64,000 bases of DNA from Candidatus Latescibacterota bacterium (GTDB lineage: Bacteria > Latescibacterota > UBA2968 > GCA-2709665). Both the position numbers and the translations under genes were made by a program. This document shows positions 18,960 to 27,724 of the stretch, in pieces. The notes below the pieces were generated by a model that searched no databases, was not told the origin of the DNA, and saw only the letters and a list, made by a program, of their open reading frames with translations. The stretch lies in the NCBI GenBank assembly GCA_965222075.1, contig OZ244937.1:480001-544000 (forward strand). Reading direction: 5' to 3'. Numbering within the stretch: position 1 is the stretch's first letter; the number at the start of each line of letters is the position of its first letter.

Positions 18960-20409
18960 GATGTCCATTCTGGTGATTGATGACGATCCGGAAATCCGGT
19001 CTTCCGTGGGGATGTTTCTGCAGGCGCGGGGGCATATGGTCTACGAGGCCGCGGACGGGTTTGTGGGTATGAAGGTGCTTCGGAGGGAGGCTGTTGACAT
19101 CGTGATCACGGATGTGAAGATGCCGGGGATGGATGGGTTCGAGGTTTTAAGGGAGGTCAAGCGTCTGTCTCCTGATACGGAGGTGATTGTGGTTACGGCC
19201 TTCAGTGAGGTCGAGCATGCGTTTCGGGCGATGCGGGATGGGGCATTTGATTTTTTCACGAAGCCGTTCAGGGTGGAGGAGCTGAACGCCTCTTTGCAGC
19301 GGACCATGCGTTACCGGGCGCTTCATCAGGAGAAGAACAGGATGCAGGCGCGTCTGGATCGCATCAAGGCGGAGTCCAGGCAGCGCTTTGGTCTGGCGGC
19401 GATTGTGGGGGAGAGTGGGGCCATTTGCGCGGTGCGGGAGCAGGTCCGGCAGGTGTGCCAGTCCGGGGATACGACGGTGCTCATCTGCGGCGAGACGGGT
19501 ACGGGCAAGGAGCTGGTGGCGCGGGCCATTCACACCGAAAGCGCCCGTGCGGGCGGACCGTTTGTGCCTGTGAATTGCTCGGCCATCCCTGAGGCGCTGT
19601 TTGAAAGCGAGTTTTACGGCCACGAGCGGGGTGCGTTCACGGATGCCCGGCAGGCACGAAAGGGCCACTTTGAGCAGGCGGACGGGGGCACGCTGTTTTT
19701 GGACGAGATCGGCGATATGGACCCGGGGATGCAGAGCAAGCTGCTGCGCACTTTAGAGGAGAAGCGGTTCCGTCCGGTGGGCGGGTCCAAAGAGGTTGCG
19801 GTGGATGTGCGGGTGGTCTCGGCCACGAACCGGGACCTGTCCGGGATGGTCCGTGAGGGTGTTTTTCGGGAGGATCTGTTCTACCGGCTGAATGTGTTCG
19901 CCATCCGGGTTCCACTGCTGCGAGAGCGTTTGGAGGATATTCTCCCACTGGCGCAGTATTTTTTAAGTCGGTATGCGGAGGAGATGCGCAAACCGATCCG
20001 GGGGTTTGCCCCGGAGGCCGTGGCGCTGCTAAAGGCCTACCCTTTTCCTGGCAATGTTCGAGAGTTGAACAATACGATTGAACGGGCTGCGATTCTGTGC
20101 GGGAACGGTCAGGTGAGGGCAGATCACCTGCAGGATCTGACTGTTGGGGCCTGCCTGCGCCGAGATCTGCCCGGCAGGCAGGCGGGTGGACCGCCTGCCT
20201 CCTGTGAGGCGGAGGGCTTGCCTGCTGCGCTGGATGTGGCCGGGGTGGAGAGCCTGAATCTGGACGCGCTTGAACGACAGGCGGTGGGGGAGGCCATCCG
20301 CAGGTGCGATGGAAATCAGGTTCAGGCTGCCGGGCTGCTTGGTATTTCGCGCAATACCCTCCGTCGCCGGATCAGGGCATACGATCTGGTGGAGGGATCA
20401 GCATTCTGA
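18904..20409 (+). CDS. sigma54-dependent response regulator (NtrC/AtoC family)
   Basis: REC domain (VIDDD, TDVKMP, TKPF), AAA+ GETGTGKE, GAFTDA, FLDEIGDM, Fis-type HTH. Start is 18904 (RBS GGAGG) or 18961. Confidence 0.93.
   Translation: MLRSDKHPRLPALARQQAGMSILVIDDDPEIRSSVGMFLQARGHMVYEAADGFVGMKVLRREAVDIVITDVKMPGMDGFEVLREVKRLSPDTEVIVVTAFSEVEHAFRAMRDGAFDFFTKPFRVEELNASLQRTMRYRALHQEKNRMQARLDRIKAESRQRFGLAAIVGESGAICAVREQVRQVCQSGDTTVLICGETGTGKELVARAIHTESARAGGPFVPVNCSAIPEALFESEFYGHERGAFTDARQARKGHFEQADGGTLFLDEIGDMDPGMQSKLLRTLEEKRFRPVGGSKEVAVDVRVVSATNRDLSGMVREGVFREDLFYRLNVFAIRVPLLRERLEDILPLAQYFLSRYAEEMRKPIRGFAPEAVALLKAYPFPGNVRELNNTIERAAILCGNGQVRADHLQDLTVGACLRRDLPGRQAGGPPASCEAEGLPAALDVAGVESLNLDALERQAVGEAIRRCDGNQVQAAGLLGISRNTLRRRIRAYDLVEGSAF
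20150..20182. repeat. Micro-insert, 33 bp, at G^C, in frame in the AAA-HTH linker
   Basis: CCTGCCTGCGCCGAGATCTGCCCGGCAGGCAGG adds 11 aa. Confidence 0.85.
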
Positions 20410-20423
20410 ACCCGGGGTTGCTG

Positions 20424-20442
20424 CCTGCCTGTTGCAGGCAGG
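20424..20442. repeat. Minimal micro-insert, 19 bp, intergenic
   Basis: CCTGCCTGTTGCAGGCAGG. Confidence 0.75.
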
Positions 20443-20480
20443 TATGAAAGATCGGGTCCGGATCAAGGAGTTGGGAGGAT

Positions 20481-23400
20481 ATGGCAATGAAATTCACGAG
20501 AAGGTCTGTTGGTGGATTGTTGGTGGGGATGGGGATTGCTTTCGCAGGGCTTGCTTTTGTGTATGCCCAGACCGCAGCGGATGCGGATTTTGACGGGGAT
20601 GGCAAGGTTGGGTTCAGCGATTTTGTGTCGTTTGCAGGCAAATTCGGGACCAGTCGAGGCGATGGGAGGTACGAGGCGAAGTACGATCTGGACGGCGACG
20701 GGCAGGTGGGTTTCACGGATTTTGTGGCGTTCGCCGGGTTTTTTGGTCAGAGCGCCGTTCCCAACGAGGCGCCGATATTGGAGCGGATCGGCGACCAGGG
20801 CGTACCAAAAGGCGTTACACTGATCATCGAACTGGCCGCTTCCGATCCGGACGGGGATGATCTGGACTACCGGGTGAGCGGTCAACCGGAGGGCTCGTCG
20901 CTGTCCGGGTCCACCTTCCGCTGGACGCCCACGAGCGGTGAGGACGACACCCACCGCATCACCTTCACGGTAAGAGACAGCCGGGGCGGGAGGGCTTCGG
21001 AGACGATCACCGTGAGGGTGGTGGAATTTCGGTTCAGGCTGGTCGAGCACCGGATTACGACCGAGGAGCCCAGCTTTGTCAATATTCTCTTCCAGGTAAT
21101 CGACTCCGACAACTGGGGGGTGACGTCGCTGACCACCGAACACTTTGAAGTGCGCGAGGACGATCAGGTGGTATCCCCTACCGAGTCGGCCATGCGCGTC
21201 CAAAAGCGGGAGGCCATTCCGCATCGTTTCAAGTTGAAGACCGTTCTGATGCTCGACACCAGCACGAGCGTAAAGGACCACCTGGAGCAGATTAAACAGG
21301 CGGCGGTCATTTTGGTGGAAAACATGACCGAGAACCAGGAGATCGCCCTGTACGAATTCTCTGAAAAGCCGGAGCGCTTGCAGGATTTCACCAACGATGC
21401 AGCAGCCCTGACCAAAGCGATTCGGGAAATTCGTTTGGGCTTTCCCACCACCAACCTGTACGGAAGCATTATCACCGGAACCCGGCGGTGGGCGGATATC
21501 TTCACCACAACCGAAGTCCAGCAGGGGTTTCTGGTTATCCTGACCGACGGAAGCGACACGCAGGGGTCTTATACGCTATCGGAGGCGCTTGCGGCGCGGG
21601 GAAACAAGAATGTCTACACCATCGGGCTGGGGAACGAGATTGACCCGGACGTCCTGCAGGAGCTGGGCAACGCCGGGTTTTTCCAGATTACGGACGTGAG
21701 CAAACTGGCTGACCAGCTGGCCGAGAGGTTTATCGAGATTCAAAAAAGGATCGTCTCGTTCGCCGACAGTTTCTACTGGCTGAGATACCTCAGCCCCAAG
21801 CGTGGGGACAGAGAGCATTCGCTGGCGGTGATTGTGAAGGGGAATGAGGTCAATTACTCGATCGAAGGGAGTTTCAATAGTAGGGATTTCTATTCGGTGC
21901 GTCAGGGCGTTTTCGTCAACACCTCGCCTTCCAATGCGGAGGGAATTGAAGAACTAAGGATGGCCAAGGGCGATTCGATTCGCCTCCAGGCGGTGACATT
22001 TCCGGAGCTCAAGTCCCCACAGTATATCTGGGAGACGAGCGACCGCGATATCGTCGCGATCAAGCCGGATACGCTTGATGCATCGGTGGCGTGGACGATT
22101 GCGGTTGGGGACAGCGGTCAGACGGCGACTTTGACGGTGTTTGACCGGGCGAATGAGTTGGACGGGCAGGTGCAGGTGCATGTAGGAGTAATCGGAACAG
22201 GCTTCTTCGCCCTGCCGGGAGGCGCATTGATGGAGATGGTGCGGATACCGCCGGGGACGTTTCGGATGGGATCGCCTCCATCAGAGGAGGGTCGTTCTTC
22301 GGCTGAGGAGCCGGTGCATGAAGTGACGATCAGGCAGGGATTTTACCTGGGGAAATATGAGGTCACACAGGCGCAGTGGGAGGCGGTGATGGAGAGCTAC
22401 CCGTCAAAGTCCAAGGTATGCGGAGACTGTCCCGCGGAAAACTTATTTCGGCACGAAGCGCAGGCGTTTATTCGGAAGCTCAACGAGATAGAGGGAGAGA
22501 ACCGGTATCGTTTGCCGAGCGAGGCGGAGTGGGAGTATGCGGCGCGTGCGGGCACGACGACGAGGTATAGCTGGGGGGATGAGATCGGCACCAACCGGGC
22601 CAATTGCCGTCGTTGCGGCAGTCAGTGGGACGAAAGGGGGATAGCGCCAGTGGGATCGTTCCCTGCCAATGCCTGGGGCCTGTACGACATGCACGGAAAC
22701 GTGCGGGAGTACGTGCAGGACTGCTGGGTAAACGACTACCGGAGGGCGCCTGCTGACGGCTCGGCGGTGGAGGGCGACTGCTCTAGACGCGTGGCGCGTG
22801 GCGGTTCGTGGGACGACTTCCCCGACGCCCTCCGCTCGGCGAGCCGATCTGGGAAGGACGACAGTTACTATTCCACATATCGGATCTTCTACAATGGCTA
22901 CGGTTTTCGAGTTGCCCGGACGGTCCCGGAGGCGGACCGCGAGGCGCTGGTGGCGCTTTACAATGCGACCGATGGGGACAACTGGACGGATAAGACCAAT
23001 TGGTTGACGGACAACGACCTTTCAACCTGGTTTGGCGTCACGGTATCCAATGGTCGGGTCACGTCCCTGGACCTGAGAGAAAACAACCTGACTGGCGAGA
23101 TCCCACCCCAATTGGGCAGCCTGACCAGCCTTGACAGCCTGCGCCTCGACCACAATGCACTTTCCGGCCCGATTCCCCCAGAATTGGGGAACTTGACCAA
23201 AATGAAGAGGCTGATTCTTTTCAGCAACCAGTTGAGTGGCACGGTTCCACCCGAATTAGCCAAACTATCCAACCTTGAGCGGCTGATTCTTTTCAGCAAC
23301 CAGTTGAGTGGCACGGTTCCACCCGAATTAGCCAAACTATCCAACCTGAAGTGGCTGTATCTTTCCACCAATCAGTTGAGTGGTTCGATTCCTGTGGAAT

Positions 23401-24755
23401 TGGGCAACCTGTCCAACCTTGAGCGGCTGATTCTTTCCGCCAATCAGTTGAGTGGTGAGATACCCGTGGAATTGGGCAACCTGTCCAACCTGAAGTGGCT
23501 GTATCTTTCCACCAATCAGTTGAGTGGTTCGATTCCTGTGGAATTGGGCAACCTGGAAAACCTTGAGCGGCTGCATCTTTCCAGCAACCAGTTGAGTGGC
23601 ACGGTTCCACCCGAATTAGCCAACCTATCCAACCTGAAGTGGCTAATTCTTTCCGCCAATCAGTTGAGTGGTGAGATACCCGTGGAATTGGGCAATCTAT
23701 CCAACCTGACGCATCTGTATCTTTACGGCAATGGGTTGAGTGGTTCGATTCCTGTGGAATTGGGCAACCTGGAAAACCTTGAGCGGCTGCATCTTTCCAG
23801 CAACCAGTTGAGTGGCACGGTTCCACTCGAATTAGCCAACCTATCCAACCTGAAGTGGCTGATTCTTTCCGCCAATCAGTTGAGTGGTTCGATTCCTGTG
23901 GAATTGGGCAACCTGTCCAACCTTGAGCGGCTGATTCTTTCCGCCAATCAGTTGAGTGGTGAGATACCCGTGGAATTGGGCAATCTATCCAACCTGACGC
24001 ATCTGTATCTTTACGGCAATGGGTTGAGTGGTTCGATTCCTGTGGAATTGGGCAACCTGCCCAACCTGACGCATCTGTATCTTTACGGCAATGGGTTGAG
24101 TGGTTCGATTCCTGTGGAATTGGGCAACCTGGAAAACCTTGAGCGGCTGCATCTTTCCAGCAACCAGTTGAGTGGCACGGTTCCACCCGAATTAGCCAAC
24201 CTATCCAACCTGAAGTGGCTGATTCTTTACGGCAATGGGTTGAGTGGTTCGATTCCTGTGGAATTGGGCAACCTGCCCAACCTGACGCATCTGTATCTTT
24301 CCAGCAACCAGTTGAGTGGCACGGTTCCACCCGAATTAGCCAACCTATCCAACCTTCAGTGGCTGTGGCTTAACAACAATGGGTTGAGCGGTGGGATTCC
24401 TGTGGAATTGGGCAACCTGGAAAACCTTGAGCGGCTGCATCTTTCCAGCAACCAGTTGAGTGGCACGGTTCCACCCGAATTAGCCAACCTATCCAACCTT
24501 CAGTGGCTGTGGCTTAACAACAATGGGTTGAGCGGTGGGATTCCTGTGGAATTGGGTAACCTGGAAAACCTTGAGCGGCTGTATCTCCACGATAACGCAT
24601 CCTTGACGGGTGCACTTCCTCAGAGCCTGACAAAGCTGACGAAGCTGGTGGAGTTTTTCTTTCATGCCACGGGGCTATGTGCGCCGCTTGATTCGGCCTT
24701 TCAGACGTGGCTTTGGGGCATTGAAGAGACCCGCGGTCCGAATTGCTCGAGTTAG
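20481..24755 (+). CDS. Secreted LRR protein 2: dockerin/EF-hand, Ig-like, VWA, FGE-sulfatase-like and about 22 LRRs
   Basis: DFDGDGKVGFSDF; ASDPDGD; MLDTSTS/LTDG (VWA); RLPSEAEWEYAARAG..GLYDMHGNV..RGGSW (FGE-like); 72-bp LRR units. Confidence 0.9.
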   Translation: MAMKFTRRSVGGLLVGMGIAFAGLAFVYAQTAADADFDGDGKVGFSDFVSFAGKFGTSRGDGRYEAKYDLDGDGQVGFTDFVAFAGFFGQSAVPNEAPILERIGDQGVPKGVTLIIELAASDPDGDDLDYRVSGQPEGSSLSGSTFRWTPTSGEDDTHRITFTVRDSRGGRASETITVRVVEFRFRLVEHRITTEEPSFVNILFQVIDSDNWGVTSLTTEHFEVREDDQVVSPTESAMRVQKREAIPHRFKLKTVLMLDTSTSVKDHLEQIKQAAVILVENMTENQEIALYEFSEKPERLQDFTNDAAALTKAIREIRLGFPTTNLYGSIITGTRRWADIFTTTEVQQGFLVILTDGSDTQGSYTLSEALAARGNKNVYTIGLGNEIDPDVLQELGNAGFFQITDVSKLADQLAERFIEIQKRIVSFADSFYWLRYLSPKRGDREHSLAVIVKGNEVNYSIEGSFNSRDFYSVRQGVFVNTSPSNAEGIEELRMAKGDSIRLQAVTFPELKSPQYIWETSDRDIVAIKPDTLDASVAWTIAVGDSGQTATLTVFDRANELDGQVQVHVGVIGTGFFALPGGALMEMVRIPPGTFRMGSPPSEEGRSSAEEPVHEVTIRQGFYLGKYEVTQAQWEAVMESYPSKSKVCGDCPAENLFRHEAQAFIRKLNEIEGENRYRLPSEAEWEYAARAGTTTRYSWGDEIGTNRANCRRCGSQWDERGIAPVGSFPANAWGLYDMHGNVREYVQDCWVNDYRRAPADGSAVEGDCSRRVARGGSWDDFPDALRSASRSGKDDSYYSTYRIFYNGYGFRVARTVPEADREALVALYNATDGDNWTDKTNWLTDNDLSTWFGVTVSNGRVTSLDLRENNLTGEIPPQLGSLTSLDSLRLDHNALSGPIPPELGNLTKMKRLILFSNQLSGTVPPELAKLSNLERLILFSNQLSGTVPPELAKLSNLKWLYLSTNQLSGSIPVELGNLSNLERLILSANQLSGEIPVELGNLSNLKWLYLSTNQLSGSIPVELGNLENLERLHLSSNQLSGTVPPELANLSNLKWLILSANQLSGEIPVELGNLSNLTHLYLYGNGLSGSIPVELGNLENLERLHLSSNQLSGTVPLELANLSNLKWLILSANQLSGSIPVELGNLSNLERLILSANQLSGEIPVELGNLSNLTHLYLYGNGLSGSIPVELGNLPNLTHLYLYGNGLSGSIPVELGNLENLERLHLSSNQLSGTVPPELANLSNLKWLILYGNGLSGSIPVELGNLPNLTHLYLSSNQLSGTVPPELANLSNLQWLWLNNNGLSGGIPVELGNLENLERLHLSSNQLSGTVPPELANLSNLQWLWLNNNGLSGGIPVELGNLENLERLYLHDNASLTGALPQSLTKLTKLVEFFFHATGLCAPLDSAFQTWLWGIEETRGPNCSS

Positions 24756-24796
24756 GCGTCGCTCGGGCGGATTACAAACCGTTAGCCTGACTCCGC

Positions 24797-24970
24797 GTGT
24801 CAAACGGTCGGGTTCAATTTCTATCTTTCTCAGCAGGGAACTGCATCAACCTCTCCAACACGACCTTTTACGTCTATACCGCTTACACCTCAAAATGGCA
24901 GCGAAAAGACGGTGCTTCATGGGTGGATATTCCAGGCACGGAACGCGCGGGTTTGTGTTCCTACCTGGCG
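24797..24970 (+). pseudogene. Orphan gene fragment downstream of LRR gene 2
   Basis: Protein-like 'GRVQFLSFSAGNCINLSNTT..SKWQRKDGASWVDIPGTER.GLCSY' with no RBS or clear start. Confidence 0.35.
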
Positions 24971-26703
24971 CAACCATCGAAACGATTGCCAAACACCGCA
25001 CGACAACGCTAACCAGACGAACTTGGAAGCAAAGAGTCAAAGATGAGAAACTTGCCATTTATGGGCCAACACACGCAATCGCCAATTCGTCAGCACGGCC
25101 TACCGCTTATGGGGCGAAGCCCCTGGGTCGTTTTCGCGGCCGTGCCGTTTCGCGATGGCGATGGGAGGTGACCGATGAATACTAATCCCGAAAAGGACTC
25201 CAAATGGGAACAAATCGTCACCTACCTGAAGCATCTCGCCCTTTGTCTCGCTGCCCGGGGCCTGCTATTGCTCGCGATATCGGTGACTGTTCTGATACCT
25301 CCCCTAATCCCAACCAGCATCGTCTTGGCCTTGGCATGGGCATTGGACTGGGCTTGGGCTTGGGCCTTAGCTTGGGCTTGGGCCTTGACATTGGCAGGGG
25401 CCTTGGCCTTAGCTTGGGCTTGGGCCTTGACATTGGCAGGGGCCTTGGCATGGGTCTGTGACTGGACATGGGCATGGACATGGATTCCAGAACTATTAGA
25501 ATCCCTCTGCGTATTCATCAGAGATAAACGGATAATCGAGAATGCAAACATCATTACGATTATCACCATAGGCCTGATTTCGCTTCTGCTTCTAAGAAAA
25601 GACACCAGGCAATCTCTATTGAACATCATCAAGAAGACCTTCGAAGTCTTTCGGGGTAGATGGCTGCCAAGAATGGATAGCGGAGAAAGCCTGTTGAAGA
25701 CTTGGCGGTGCTACTTCGCAAAGGTCTGGCCGTCCATGAAAGAGACGTTCACTGAGTCCCTAAAGCTGGCCGCCTACCCGGTGCATTTCGCCCTTCGTCT
25801 CGCCGCCCGGTTCCTGCTGCTGCTCGCGATACTGGTGACCGTTCTAATGACGCCCCTCCTTTACCCTGTGTATCTTGTCCTTTACCCTGTGTATCTTGTC
25901 ATTCGTCTCGATTTCCTTCGTCTCGCTCCCTTTGTCGCTTGGTTCCTGCTGTTGCTCACGATACTGGCGGCTATTCTAATATCATCCCTAATCCTAATTA
26001 GCATCGTCTCGGACTTGGGATGGAATATAGGGCTATTAGAATCTCTCCGGGCGTTCATCAGAGAAGACCTGAAAAGTGAGAATGTAAACATAATTACGAT
26101 TATCGCCTTGCTCGCTAGCATAGGCCTGTTTTCGTTTCTGCTTCAAAAATCTGTAGAAGACATCAGGAAATCTCTATCGAACATCAGAGCGAAAATCGTC
26201 GAAGTCTTTCGGGACAAATGGTGGCCAAAGATAGATATTAGGGAAAGCCTGAGGGTAACTTGGCGGTGCTACGTCGCAAGGGTCGGGTCGTACATGAAAT
26301 ATACGTTCACCCAGTCCCGAAGGCTGGCCTTCGCCGCGTTGATCTTGTGCATTATCTTGGTTTGCGGTTACATTTCGGTAAAAGAATTCAACAAATGGCA
26401 AGGGGAGGTGATGTCCAAGCTGAAGGCTATCGAGGGTAAGGTGAATGGGAGCGTCATCGTCTTGAGCGATTTTTCGCCATCTTATCCATTGGAAAAGGGC
26501 ACCCAGTTTTCGTTGTTCTATCTGTTCCAAGGCGATTTGGACAGCAAGCAAGGCATCTGTCCGGCAGACAGCAATTTGGTGGAATGGTTGACGTCGTTCA
26601 AAATGGCGATTTCAAAATGCTCCAATGAGGGCGGACGTGTGAGGCTGAAGGTACGGGCGTTTGCGAGCACCGCGCCGGTGACTAAGAAAGGTATTCTCGA
26701 CAC

Positions 26704-26873
26704 TAAGTAGTCAAGCAGAAGTAATTGTGAACTCTCTCACTGGATTACAGGAGTAGAATTCCCTACGAAAAAATCGCCTTAACTCTTTGTAAATATTGTG
26801 CTATAGATGTAATAATCTTCAGCATAGGGCCAGTAATATTCGTTTTTTACAAAAACTATTGCATCACTACTTA
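26704..26873. mobile_element. MITE A in a TA target
   Basis: IRs TAAGTAGTCAAGCAGAAGT / ACTATTGCATCACTACTTA; AT-rich. Confidence 0.7.
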
Positions 26874-27000
26874 TCAGTAGTCTGTTGGCTCAAGAAAATC
26901 CTGCTCACAACACCCTACCAAAGCTTCGCAAATAGGGCTAAATTGGTGGTTGAAGGCATAGAAAATCACACCAAAAGCCGAAATCAACAAACCACAGTTA
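26872..27000. mobile_element. MITE B in a TA target
   Basis: IRs TATCAGTAGTCTGTTGG / TCAACAAACCACAGTTA. Confidence 0.55.
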
Positions 27001-27523
27001 TGAAGTCGGATACGTTCAACTATAAGATCGCCAATGAGCGCGCCGAGGCAATCATCTACTTCCTGACGTTGGCCGACACCATACAATACAACCCGAAGAG
27101 ATGCAAGGCCGCCCTTAACGATAGCCTTATATGGCGGGGATATCCGGAGCCCGACAGCACATGGGAAGGGCAGGGCTTCACCGTGACCTACAATCCATGG
27201 GAAAGCTATGCGAAGATGACGGAGGCCAAACTGGTGAAAGACGGTTCACTGGATAACCGACGACGCGACCTTGAGTTCCTCAACCGCACGGTGGAGATCA
27301 TCATTGAGGACGGCGGCTGCCTGACTAAGCCAGTGGACAACGCCGGGAATTCAGATTAAACCACACAGGGCGAAGGAGTATGACAGTAGTGCGGGAGGGA
27401 GCGCGGAACAGGGCAAAAGTCGAGTGCCAACGAAGAGGTGGCACATCGTGCCTTGTGCGCGTGTGGGGTTGCACGCGGCGATAAAAGGGTTTAGCGAAGG
27501 ATTATCACCCCGGGGGAGACGCA

Positions 27524-27706
27524 TAACGATGCTTAGGTCCGACAGACAGCCCCGCCTACCTGCCGAGTCAGGCGCATCGATGCCGGGTAATGCCGACGCC
27601 TGCCTGCGCCGAGTCCTGCGCGGCAGGCAGGGAGGAAAGGGGCCTGACTTCGGACACGCTTGGGAAGGGGACAAAGGTCTGGAGAGTGGCGCAAGCCTAT
27701 CACCTC
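27524..27706 (+). repeat. Composite dispersed repeat, copy 3 (33-bp micro-insert at 27599-27631)
   Basis: Near-identical to 13649-13827. Confidence 0.85.
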
Positions 27707-27724
27707 AAAGTGTTCACAGTATTG

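Larger units (their letters stand above)
25175..27359 (+). pseudogene. Polytopic membrane protein with internal duplication and C-terminal OmpA-like domain, split by tandem MITEs
   Basis: Removing 26706-27000 fuses ...GILDT-MKSDTFN... in frame. OmpA-like 'AFAS...N..IANERAEAI..FL...NRTVEI'. Confidence 0.7.

Noticed and set aside
25063-25165. Long imperfect hairpin as an integron attC
   Set aside because: The ends do not match RYYYAAC/GTTRRRY, and there is no integrase or cassette array.
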